Below, one piece after another: positions 1 to 9,285 of a stretch of DNA of 64,000 nucleotides. Within the stretch, counting starts at the first letter, position 1; each line of letters starts with the position of its first letter. Under the pieces are notes generated by a model that had not been told where the DNA came from, searched no databases, and was given only the letters and a program-made list of their open reading frames with translations. This stretch comes from a virus, in IMG/VR virus record IMGVR_UViG_3300045988_171858. One strand, written 5' to 3'. Both the position numbers and the translations under genes were made by a program.

Positions 1-1
1 C

Positions 2-766
2 TTTTCAATTCCAGAAACCGATTTTACAGACAAAGTTAACGGTCTTTCTATCATCAACGACAAAGATGTATTTATCTACGTCGAAAAGCCAAACATCAAA
101 ATCGAAGCAGGTCAGGGCATCATACCAATAGAAGACACATTGGTTACGCTCCAAGAGCCATCTTCTTCTGTATTTATCAGAGACCCATATAGTTCCTATT
201 CTGACATTCTTCCTGTAGAATATAAGCTGATTGATACAACAATAGGTGAGGACTTCGGCGATAATCCAGTAAACCAAATTTTATACAAATCGCCTGGCGG
301 TAAATTTAGAGGCCGCATTAGTCCAGACCTAAAAGCAGACCTATTAGAAATATCAGCAACAGGAAATTCAACATACAAAGACGAAGTTATTGAATCAAGA
401 TTCAAGGCTTCCGAATCTCCTATCTTAAAAATCAAAACAGTCTTCGGCGGCGAATATCGTTCACCGCTAGCAGACCAAATTCCAGAATACAGAGGACCAA
501 ATGCGATTGACTCATTAAAGACATTAAGTCAATACACAGCCTCTGCAATCAATATCGATATAGTGTCATTAGAGCCTAAACAAATGGCGCGGCAATATGT
601 GGATGAACTGACAACACTAGGTCTAATATCATCATCCTCTATTGATACAAACATAGTCTCCAAAGAATTCAAACAATCAATCCAAGAATTCCAAGAAACT
701 CTAACAACACTATCCCTACAAACATCATCATCAGTAAATATAACAATCACATCTAGCGGACAATAA
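2..766 (+). CDS. virion structural protein, 5' end outside window
   Basis: Frame 2 is open from nt 2 with no stop (FSIPETDFTDKVNGLSIINDK...). The ORF-track start at 140 is only an internal TTG. The stop lies 1 nt before the next gene. Confidence 0.55.
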   Translation, partial: FSIPETDFTDKVNGLSIINDKDVFIYVEKPNIKIEAGQGIIPIEDTLVTLQEPSSSVFIRDPYSSYSDILPVEYKLIDTTIGEDFGDNPVNQILYKSPGGKFRGRISPDLKADLLEISATGNSTYKDEVIESRFKASESPILKIKTVFGGEYRSPLADQIPEYRGPNAIDSLKTLSQYTASAINIDIVSLEPKQMARQYVDELTTLGLISSSSIDTNIVSKEFKQSIQEFQETLTTLSLQTSSSVNITITSSGQ

Positions 767-767
767 A

Positions 768-3700
768 ATGGCATTATACGGTTACCCAACAATCACGCTA
801 AAAGACAAAGACACCGGCAAGATTAAAAAAGAAATCTCCTGCAAAAATATCCAAACCATTCCCTCCAAAATGATGATGACAAATGTTGGATATCCTGACG
901 GTTACTATAGAATAGGTGTTAGAAGTATCGGAAGTAGTTCTAATCCAGAGACCTACATCTATACAACGCCATATAGAATGCCTAAGAACCCGTTTACATA
1001 TATCAACAATATGGAGCAAGAATCTTCCGGCACTATTTATCAGTCTACATATGCAGACGGGCAAAAAGCAAAGGCTATTACCGACATAACCGGAATTGAG
1101 AATGTGAGATGGGAGCAAGATGCAAATGGACGAGCGATTCTTGTTGTTAAGGGGGTCTTATATGCACCAGAGTCTGGTGTTAGGCAAATCGGCACAATAT
1201 ATGTAGGGTTTTCATGGCGCTCAGACTTTTTTACACCATTAGATGAAATAATCATACAAGATGCATCAACTGTTGTCGATATTACATACAAGATAATAGT
1301 ATCTGGGAATAATGAGAGGGAATATGTAGCGAATCTCTCTGGACTTATAGGATATGGAAGTAGCTCATACAGTAATCCGAACGGTACGATTTCCTTCCCA
1401 ACTGGATATGCAGACTCTGTCACGGGGCTCGGCACAGACAATATGTATGAATATGATGGCAAATATGATATATATGGTCCAATTTACGCAGATATGAATA
1501 GTAGCCAATACAATTCAATTGGATCTAAATATTCTAGCTTTGGAAGTAGAAAACCGACAATTAGTAGCGTATTCGGTAGATGGGGTATGAGTCCCTCTTA
1601 CAAATACAGTCTTAGTTTCCCAGAAATGAAGAAAAGTGGGAATATAGTAGGGTACATTGGAAGGGGAGGTGTATCCGTTCATCCAGATGCTGTTAAAAAA
1701 ATAAGTAATGGTAAAGGGGTTAGCACCACATTTTCGAAAAGAAGAACTAGCAAAGATTCAATAATTAAACCATTTTTTGAGGCCTCTTCTATAAAAAGGG
1801 GGTCAGGAATGATAAAAGCCGTATCTGCAACGGAGAAAAAGGGGTTCCCAGAAAGATGGGAGATTGACGTATTAAAAGGCGGAAATCTTCAAGAGGCTGA
1901 ATTTAGAGTGCGGAAGGCGATAGTTTCAGAATATTTGGCTAATTCAAATGTGCAAATTTATTCGAGAGTCCCGCATTTAGCATACTCCGGCAATACTAAT
2001 GGTATGTTGTATAAGAAATACAATCATCCTGATGGATTGATATACGAATCCTCTCCGTCTGTGTGGCCTCTATACGGGCAAAATATTGCGATCGTTATTC
2101 GGAAAGGTGTTCTTCTGACCTCTGTTGGCAATGCGAGATATTTCATTTTAGATGAGACAAATCTTCCACATGAGAATCGCGGCATTCAAATTACAGGTAT
2201 CGCTTGGGATGATAGCCAAAAAGGACTCTTAATAGGGTGTGGGGAAAGCGGGTTGTACCGTGTGGATTTTGACAATGACACAGACAGTGAACCGATTGTG
2301 AAAAGAGTAACAAAAGACGGCATCGAACATGTCTACGCTATTTCTGGGAATGGTAAGGGTGACGTTGCTATTGTTACAGATACTGGGATTATGTATTCAG
2401 ACAATCTTGGCGAAACATGGAACACCAAATCATTTGATGTTATCAAAAAACAGTTAAAAGGCTTAGATGATAGCATAGAAGATTCTTTTGATGTCAAAGA
2501 GAACCTAAAACATTCATGTTTGGTGTTCGTAATGACAAACGATGGGGAGAGTGTTGGCATCTGTCTATTTCCTTATAGTGACACCTACTATATTCCATTT
2601 ATCAAGCTAAAAGCAGAAGATAAGTGGTTTAGACTTGGCAGTTACGGTTCATCGGGATACTATGGATATAGTTCTATATCTTATGAACCAAATTCTAGTT
2701 ACCTAAAAATTTATCCTATTTGCATAGGTCCTGCAAGAGCAGAAGCAGAGAAAACTACGATTAGAGATATGGTAAACTCCAGGAAATATGCGCTGCAGCC
2801 AGGTGCTGCATGGGGAATCGGTCCATTAGGAAAATTGTCAATGACCTGGGCAAGAACTATTAATATAGCCAATGGAGGGATTATTGGCGGCGATAGTAGT
2901 TACAATATGAGCAGTCTAGCCGGTAATGAACATTACAGTAGTTTTGACGTAACGTTAGATAAAGGCAACAACCCAACAGTGACCCCGGTTAGTTATGGTT
3001 ATGACAATGTAATTGACAATGGACGATGGTCCATTGAGTTGGTAAAAGATTCCAAGTCTAATAAGTTTACAGTACTTGTTGCTGGCTCAAATATCGGTGC
3101 TATAAAGGACAATCCAGATGCATTCCTTTATTATTCAAGCGATAGCAGTTCTTTCTCTAAATCAAAAGATTCAGTATTTAAAGCTCCATCGCAGCAATTT
3201 GAAATTGATGGCGTTAAATTTGAGGCAACAGGAGAGAGATTTGAAGAGGGCGATTGCTTCGTATTTCACAGAACTATGGCCTATGTTAATGACAACGTTT
3301 CAACTGCGCACTTCGTTACTGAGAATTCGTGTCTACCTGCATCAGAATGGTTAGAGCAATCCGGGACCATTTCCGAGGAAAATAACAAGCCGGCATATAG
3401 GCAACCAATCAATTATTATAATAATATGTATAAAACTCAGGACGGAAGGCTAAAAACGAAGGATAGAACTTATACTAGGCTATATGATTTAGATAAATCT
3501 GTTCCTCAGTATATACTACCTGGGTCTTCCAAAATGAAGTTTGACCTGACGGCAATGAAAGGGTCGTTCGTTATACAGATTCAGACAAATGCAGGCTCTT
3601 ATAGTAGCAATAAGAATATCTTTCTCTCCAGGGTAGACACCGGGATATCCTACTATTGCGATAAGTATGACAGAAGCCGTAGTAGTGGGTTCCTATTCTC

Positions 3701-4334
3701 AGAGGCTGACATATTAAAAACACCGAGCAATTTTTCAATATCTATTGATGCAGAGAAGAGAGGTGTAATAGTTAATGACGGAGCAACTGTGATATGGACA
3801 TCTGGCTCGGATTCTTCTGGGTATAGGCAAATAAGTTCGGTAAAAATAGTTCCTGTTACAACATCTAAAGTATCCGGAACGAACAAAATTGGCTTTATCG
3901 GATATTTTGGCGGAGATCTAGGTGGCGAAGACAATGGTGAATCCGAGATTTTTCTTCCTACATTTGAATATGCATATCGTGGCACCCTATGCACAAGGCT
4001 TGGGGATGAGAATTCTTTGTCGGGCTCATTTGATCCCGTGTTTTACGGATTGCCTTCAATAGGCTCAGATTCTATGTTTCGGGTAGAAATAGATGGCAAA
4101 CCGGCAGAAGTCGTGCATCTTACGAATGGCTCATACTCTCCGGATTTCCTCATAAAAGAAGAAAAGCCAAATCGTGGAGGTGTTTCTGCTAATATCTCTG
4201 CAGGACAGGTAAAAATTGAGCCATACACAGGCCTAGTGCTCTTCTCCGATGAAGACATTGGTAAGCCATATAAGATTAGGTACAAATACTACAAAGGCGA
4301 TAGCCTTGGAATAGGTGAGGCAATCCTTGAATAA
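768..4334 (+). CDS. large virion structural protein with BNR/Asp-box motif (beta-propeller-like segment)
   Basis: 1188-aa ORF tightly coupled to its neighbours. SDNLGETW at nt 2397-2420 matches the S-x-D-x-G-x-T-W Asp-box. Confidence 0.6.
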   Translation: MALYGYPTITLKDKDTGKIKKEISCKNIQTIPSKMMMTNVGYPDGYYRIGVRSIGSSSNPETYIYTTPYRMPKNPFTYINNMEQESSGTIYQSTYADGQKAKAITDITGIENVRWEQDANGRAILVVKGVLYAPESGVRQIGTIYVGFSWRSDFFTPLDEIIIQDASTVVDITYKIIVSGNNEREYVANLSGLIGYGSSSYSNPNGTISFPTGYADSVTGLGTDNMYEYDGKYDIYGPIYADMNSSQYNSIGSKYSSFGSRKPTISSVFGRWGMSPSYKYSLSFPEMKKSGNIVGYIGRGGVSVHPDAVKKISNGKGVSTTFSKRRTSKDSIIKPFFEASSIKRGSGMIKAVSATEKKGFPERWEIDVLKGGNLQEAEFRVRKAIVSEYLANSNVQIYSRVPHLAYSGNTNGMLYKKYNHPDGLIYESSPSVWPLYGQNIAIVIRKGVLLTSVGNARYFILDETNLPHENRGIQITGIAWDDSQKGLLIGCGESGLYRVDFDNDTDSEPIVKRVTKDGIEHVYAISGNGKGDVAIVTDTGIMYSDNLGETWNTKSFDVIKKQLKGLDDSIEDSFDVKENLKHSCLVFVMTNDGESVGICLFPYSDTYYIPFIKLKAEDKWFRLGSYGSSGYYGYSSISYEPNSSYLKIYPICIGPARAEAEKTTIRDMVNSRKYALQPGAAWGIGPLGKLSMTWARTINIANGGIIGGDSSYNMSSLAGNEHYSSFDVTLDKGNNPTVTPVSYGYDNVIDNGRWSIELVKDSKSNKFTVLVAGSNIGAIKDNPDAFLYYSSDSSSFSKSKDSVFKAPSQQFEIDGVKFEATGERFEEGDCFVFHRTMAYVNDNVSTAHFVTENSCLPASEWLEQSGTISEENNKPAYRQPINYYNNMYKTQDGRLKTKDRTYTRLYDLDKSVPQYILPGSSKMKFDLTAMKGSFVIQIQTNAGSYSSNKNIFLSRVDTGISYYCDKYDRSRSSGFLFSEADILKTPSNFSISIDAEKRGVIVNDGATVIWTSGSDSSGYRQISSVKIVPVTTSKVSGTNKIGFIGYFGGDLGGEDNGESEIFLPTFEYAYRGTLCTRLGDENSLSGSFDPVFYGLPSIGSDSMFRVEIDGKPAEVVHLTNGSYSPDFLIKEEKPNRGGVSANISAGQVKIEPYTGLVLFSDEDIGKPYKIRYKYYKGDSLGIGEAILE

Positions 4335-4998
4335 CCGTATCAAAATATACGGATTTAAAGTTGACTTCAAAGATGGCAGCTCTGCCAATGTGACAGAGTC
4401 TGCCTCTGAGATTTCTCTTTCTCCGTTTTACGCATCAATACGAGACATCGAGTTAAATGTCCCAGCCGAAAATGTTTCTTTTACAGAGCAATTCTCAAAA
4501 GACGTTTCAGAAATTATCTTCAATAAGTCTATTTGGATTGATAATCATATCCGCCGTAAAAAGATTAACCTTTCGGATGAAGAACTATATATGATAAAGC
4601 GAGACTTTGTTATATGTTCAGTTCTTGCCGGTGTAGCTAATAAGTTATATGGAACACTTCTTAAAGGTCAATCTGTCAAAAAGGTCCTTGGCGATTTTGA
4701 GGTTCAAAGAGATTCGACATTCGATGTAAGTTCTGCTCTTAAATTTGCAAACGAATCTAAGGGGTGTGCTGATGATGTCCTCGCCGCAATTGATGAAGCC
4801 TCAACTCTTCTTGCTGTTGGTTTTGTTAAGGGCAAATGGAATTGTTCAAACCGCGTACCTAATCGTGAATGGCATCATCCAAATTATAGAAGCATTATGC
4901 CGATTGCGGCAGACAAATTGCTAGAGGCGGACGGAAAATTCTACAAGACAGGATACGGTCATGGCAACCAATATCTCCCCCTTTATCGCAGAGGTTGA
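4315..4998 (+). CDS. hypothetical structural-module protein
   Basis: 227-aa ORF. The listed start is GTG and overlaps the upstream stop by 20 nt; TTG at 4327 is an alternative. Start is uncertain. Confidence 0.5.
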   Translation: MRQSLNNRIKIYGFKVDFKDGSSANVTESASEISLSPFYASIRDIELNVPAENVSFTEQFSKDVSEIIFNKSIWIDNHIRRKKINLSDEELYMIKRDFVICSVLAGVANKLYGTLLKGQSVKKVLGDFEVQRDSTFDVSSALKFANESKGCADDVLAAIDEASTLLAVGFVKGKWNCSNRVPNREWHHPNYRSIMPIAADKLLEADGKFYKTGYGHGNQYLPLYRRG

Positions 4999-5485
4999 TC
5001 TACGACAAGAGATGGTCGATTTGTTCACGGGTGATGAGTTTGTAAATAAACTTCGGCCATTCATTTGCCGTAAGTCAAGGCATAACGAGGATGGAACCAA
5101 GATCAAGTGCCACTGCTATAACGAGATAAGTAAAGAAGGCATGACAGACTGTCCAGACTGTCTCGGCGCAGGCTATTTATGGGACGAGGAAATTATCCCA
5201 GGGCATATGTGGCTAACACGCTCAATCATGCCAACAACCGGTTCCTCTTACAATAACGGCACATCCCGCATTGGACGTTCAGTAGATTCAGCATGGGTAC
5301 TAATCATACCTTACAAACTAGAAGCCTTTGAAAAAGACATAGTCTACCTACCAGTAATGAATGATGAAGGTTCTATCAGATTCCCAATCAAACCAGAAAA
5401 GTCATACTACATTACAGAAGTCCTAAGGGTCGGATTTGACATGGGAAGAAAAGACTTCACAGCAATAGGACTACAGACACGATGA
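4961..5485 (+). CDS. structural-module protein with DnaJ-type CxxCxGxG zinc-finger motif
   Basis: CHC at 5108-5116 and CPDCLGAG at 5150-5173. An alternative ATG near 5012 would remove the 38-nt overlap with the upstream gene. Confidence 0.55.
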   Translation: MATNISPFIAEVDLRQEMVDLFTGDEFVNKLRPFICRKSRHNEDGTKIKCHCYNEISKEGMTDCPDCLGAGYLWDEEIIPGHMWLTRSIMPTTGSSYNNGTSRIGRSVDSAWVLIIPYKLEAFEKDIVYLPVMNDEGSIRFPIKPEKSYYITEVLRVGFDMGRKDFTAIGLQTR

Positions 5486-6237
5486 TAGAGCAACCGGATT
5501 TAAGAGACCCATATGAACTTGCACTAAAAGAACTTATTCAGCTTTCCAATAGAAAGGCAATCGAATCAAAGCCTTTGGAGCAAGTATTTGAAGAGCGTGC
5601 AGGATTAACGATTGACAATTTTATGGAATCGCTATATCCTCTATTCAAATCAGAAGGGCTTCTCATCGAAAATGAATCAGACTTTGGTCCATACGACCCG
5701 AACAAGTTTTACTTCACTGAAATTTTCCCTGACCAGCCAGATGACACGCCGGTTCAAAATGTTGTAACGTGGGAAATCTCACGAAGAGAACCGGCCCTCT
5801 TTGATTCAAAAGTAGTACAAGGTGGGACTAAGCAATATAGGCCAGTGCTACTTGGTCAAGTAAAGACCAATCAAAACCGACTAGCTGTTGTCTATGAAGC
5901 AATGTACGATAACTTAGTTAGTTTTACAGCCTGGTCTACAAGTGCTAGGGATGCAAGAAGGTTAGCTTCAACTCTGGAGAATTTGTTTCTAAAATTTAAT
6001 CCCCAATTTAAACGGGCGGTTAGATATATGGTCTACAAAGGCAGGTCGTCTACCATTAACACCGACCATTATAAGAACCGGAGACTATTTGGAGTTACAC
6101 TTTCCTATCTCATAGGAACAGCAGAACCTGGGTTCATCAAACAGGACGAGATTGTAGCAATTAAAACCTATAGTCAAGTCGTTGACTCCCTAAAAAATAG
6201 GGAAGTAGAAAAAATAACACAATTGATAGATAAATGA
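5482..6237 (+). CDS. hypothetical structural protein (just upstream of sheath)
   Basis: 251-aa ORF with an ATGA overlap with the upstream gene. Confidence 0.55.
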   Translation: MIEQPDLRDPYELALKELIQLSNRKAIESKPLEQVFEERAGLTIDNFMESLYPLFKSEGLLIENESDFGPYDPNKFYFTEIFPDQPDDTPVQNVVTWEISRREPALFDSKVVQGGTKQYRPVLLGQVKTNQNRLAVVYEAMYDNLVSFTAWSTSARDARRLASTLENLFLKFNPQFKRAVRYMVYKGRSSTINTDHYKNRRLFGVTLSYLIGTAEPGFIKQDEIVAIKTYSQVVDSLKNREVEKITQLIDK

Positions 6238-6249
6238 TAAGGTAAATAA

Positions 6250-8505
6250 ATGGCCACATATCAACACTTGCCAGGTGTAAACCTAGAGCTTCTGGATGGT
6301 AACCTTCGCATCGACCAAACCGATAGCTCTCCTCGCGTACTTATTATCGGTCGCGCAGAAAAAGGTCTGACCAACGCCCTGTATCCAGTAACTGACACTA
6401 ACCGTGCAGCCGCTGTCTTCGGTCAAGACTCTCCGCTAATCCGCAAGATGTCAGAAGCTCTTATCGGCGGCGCCCGTCGTGTTTCCCTATACCGTATTGG
6501 CGGTAAACAAGCCAAACTGAAAAACATCTTCGGTAAAGACAGCTATCTGGCTGCAGTAGAAGCATCAGTATCTGCCGTTGACAATCTTAAAGTCTACGTC
6601 GGTCCGCGCCCTAGCAATGATGGCAAGGCCTGCTTGATCGTTTTCAAAGGTAGCGAAATCGTCTACTCTAACGTTCCAGGTTCTGAAATCAACCGCAACC
6701 AAGTTGAAGTTTTCGGTTTTGACCCTGACACCAAGGTTAAAATCGGTACTCCTACCGAACCAGTTCCATTCTCCGAAGTAATTCTTAAAGAGTACACCCG
6801 TACTGCTAAGTTCGTCGGCAATGGTACTACAACCAAATTCTCTCTGCCCGGCGTTACTAAAACTGACAACGTAACAGTTAAAACTCTGACTGTTGACGGC
6901 GAAACTAAAAACTCCGGCTCAGACTTCTCTGTCAAAATCGACAAAACAAACTCTTCTCAATACGTTGAGTTCAACACTGCCCCTGAAGCAACTAAAGAAA
7001 TCCAAGTTCTTTATGCTTTCAAATCTAGCGGTAAAGTTGCCGGTTCTGCAGTATTCGTAGGTAACGGTTCTAAAACTGAATTTATCCTGCCTGGCACTAA
7101 GAAAGAGTATGAAGTTACTCTGGATGTTGTTAAAGTTGCTGGTCAAGACAAATCTGGCGAAGCTTCTGTTCAAGACGACAGCGCCGGTTCTGACACCAAA
7201 GTTCTGGAACTGACCGAAGCTCCTACCGATCAAAGCTCAGTTATCGTTGAGTACACCATCGATGCTAAACGCGAAGCCGTTACAGGTGAATACGAAGAAG
7301 GTGAAGATAACATCAACACCACCTGGAAAAACTACTATGAGTTGCTCCACACTGCTCTGGCAGAGTTGGAATCTGTTAATGCAATCTCTGTTGTTACCGA
7401 CTACGCTGTAATCGATGCTCCAAATATTGCCGATGGCTCTAACGACCTCGACCGTTTGGATTACGTTTACGTTTCAGAAGACAATGGCGAATTGAAATAC
7501 GAATGGTCAACCGAGAAAGTTCTGTACCGTAAAAACCGTGGCACTGCTACTACTGCCAATCCGGCTGAGGCAGACATTAACGGTAACGGCCAACCAATCG
7601 TTCATCGTCGCTACCACGAAGCAAACTTCGCTCACTTGCTGGCTAACTTTGCCAACACCATTTCTGAGAACGAGCAATTCTGTCTGGTAACTATCGGTGC
7701 GACAATGCCTCGTTCATTGTCTCAATACGAAGTTAACCGCTGGATTGGTTCTCCTGCCACTTACGATGCCTTGGGCAATATCGTTTCTAACGGTACAGGC
7801 CTGCTGGGCTTGCGCAATATGGTTGAGCGTGCTGACACCCGCCGCGGCTTCTATAAAACTATTTCTGGTTTCGTAGATGGCGCTATTGTAACCGACTCTA
7901 ATGGTGCACCAATCAACATTGGTAAATTCCTGTCTGTTGTTCCGCAAGTAATCGTAACTCCTTCATACTCTTCTGCCGGTTCTAACACTATCGTTACCAA
8001 CGGTGCAGCAGTTTATGCTGGTCTGATTACTACAATCGACGCCAGCGTATCTACCACTAATATGTTGATTCCTCGCATCTCGCTGCCAGGCGAAATCAAG
8101 AAACTGAAACTGGACCAATTGACTGGTGCTGGTTATGTCTTCTTCAAGACTACCAACAACAACGTCCGCGTGGTTTCTGGCGAGCTGGCTACAACTGCCG
8201 ATTCAGACTACCGTCTGCTTTCAACTACTATGGCCGTTGCCGAGGCTTCCAACGCCGTCCGTGACGTCGTTCAACCGTTCATCGGTCGAGGCCTGACAGA
8301 GGCTACTCTTGCTGCTGTTGACGTAGCAATCGAGGGCGCTCTGCAACGTCTGGTTGAGCAAGGACACATTGTGAAATATCTGCATGTAGTAAATCAACGT
8401 CCTATCGTTAACGGACGTGCAAGTCTGGACGTAGCTCTGACTATCGTTCCTGCATTTGAACTGCGTGAGATTAACGTAGCCGTTAAACTGGCTCTAGAAA
8501 TCTAA
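6250..8505 (+). CDS. contractile tail sheath protein
   Basis: N-terminus MATYQHLPGVNLELLD...VLIIGRAEKG...AAAVFG and C-terminal GYVFFKT...DYRLLST...PFIGRGL follow the usual sheath pattern. It is followed by tube-like genes and contains a tandem inserted domain. Confidence 0.75.
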   Translation: MATYQHLPGVNLELLDGNLRIDQTDSSPRVLIIGRAEKGLTNALYPVTDTNRAAAVFGQDSPLIRKMSEALIGGARRVSLYRIGGKQAKLKNIFGKDSYLAAVEASVSAVDNLKVYVGPRPSNDGKACLIVFKGSEIVYSNVPGSEINRNQVEVFGFDPDTKVKIGTPTEPVPFSEVILKEYTRTAKFVGNGTTTKFSLPGVTKTDNVTVKTLTVDGETKNSGSDFSVKIDKTNSSQYVEFNTAPEATKEIQVLYAFKSSGKVAGSAVFVGNGSKTEFILPGTKKEYEVTLDVVKVAGQDKSGEASVQDDSAGSDTKVLELTEAPTDQSSVIVEYTIDAKREAVTGEYEEGEDNINTTWKNYYELLHTALAELESVNAISVVTDYAVIDAPNIADGSNDLDRLDYVYVSEDNGELKYEWSTEKVLYRKNRGTATTANPAEADINGNGQPIVHRRYHEANFAHLLANFANTISENEQFCLVTIGATMPRSLSQYEVNRWIGSPATYDALGNIVSNGTGLLGLRNMVERADTRRGFYKTISGFVDGAIVTDSNGAPINIGKFLSVVPQVIVTPSYSSAGSNTIVTNGAAVYAGLITTIDASVSTTNMLIPRISLPGEIKKLKLDQLTGAGYVFFKTTNNNVRVVSGELATTADSDYRLLSTTMAVAEASNAVRDVVQPFIGRGLTEATLAAVDVAIEGALQRLVEQGHIVKYLHVVNQRPIVNGRASLDVALTIVPAFELREINVAVKLALEI

Positions 8506-8511
8506 GATAAA

Positions 8512-8531
8512 GGAGGGGCACTAGCCCCTCC
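8512..8531 (+). terminator. GC-rich stem-loop directly after sheath gene (attenuator/terminator or RNA-stabilising hairpin)
   Basis: GGAGGGGC-ACTA-GCCCCTCC, an 8-bp perfect stem followed by AATTTAAA. Confidence 0.4.
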
Positions 8532-8550
8532 AATTTAAACCAGGAATATT

Positions 8551-9255
8551 ATGTCAGATTTTGTTACATATAATGCCACCACCTCTGGTGTCGATATTAC
8601 ACCTGTACTAGCCGGTAAACCAATCGGCACTATGCAGATGATTTCATATCGTCTTGACCGTGAGAAACTTCCTATTCACACTATGGGGTCTCCAGATGCT
8701 CGTGCAATTGCTCGTGGTAAACGTACTTGTATGGGTTCTTGCGTATTCACAGTATTTGACCGTGAAGCTCTGTTTGACATCATGGATGAGATGGGTCGTT
8801 CAGACGTGTGGTTGGGTAAACATGAAACCGCTAACTATCGCCGCGGTGGTGCTTATAAACACCTGAACAATGGTCAATATCAAGACGCTATCCCAGAAGC
8901 TGCTCGTAACGCCATTTATGGTTCAACCGATCCTAAAGCTAACAACGGCATTCGCGGTGGCGGCACCTTGAATCCAGAATACGGTAAACTGGACTTGAAC
9001 ACCTCTCAAGGTATTCGTTCAGGCCTGCGTGACCTAACCAAGGCCCGCCTGGCAGACCAAATTCTCCCATTCGATATCGTATTGGCTTCCACTAACGAAT
9101 TTGGTAGCTCTACTAAAATGACCATCTACGGCGTAGAGTTCGTATCCGAATCCGGTGGTATTTCTATCGACGACTTGACCACTGAGAAACAATATTCATT
9201 TATTGCCCGCTCAGTATCTCCATGGGAACCGATGGATACCTTTAACTCTCGTTAA
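8551..9255 (+). CDS. tail tube protein (candidate major tube subunit)
   Basis: 234-aa ORF immediately after the sheath gene. It is a paralog of the N-terminal half of the next gene (ILPFDIVLASTNEFGSS...YSFIARS vs ILPFDIIILLSSEYGAF...LSFVARD). Confidence 0.6.
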   Translation: MSDFVTYNATTSGVDITPVLAGKPIGTMQMISYRLDREKLPIHTMGSPDARAIARGKRTCMGSCVFTVFDREALFDIMDEMGRSDVWLGKHETANYRRGGAYKHLNNGQYQDAIPEAARNAIYGSTDPKANNGIRGGGTLNPEYGKLDLNTSQGIRSGLRDLTKARLADQILPFDIVLASTNEFGSSTKMTIYGVEFVSESGGISIDDLTTEKQYSFIARSVSPWEPMDTFNSR

Positions 9256-9285
9256 TACTTAAATCTATTCTCCTACAGGTGTAAT

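Noticed and set aside
5-277. 90-aa minus-strand ORF at the window start
   Set aside because: It is antisense to a + strand frame that is open from nt 2 and continues into the 140-766 ORF. It has no independent support.
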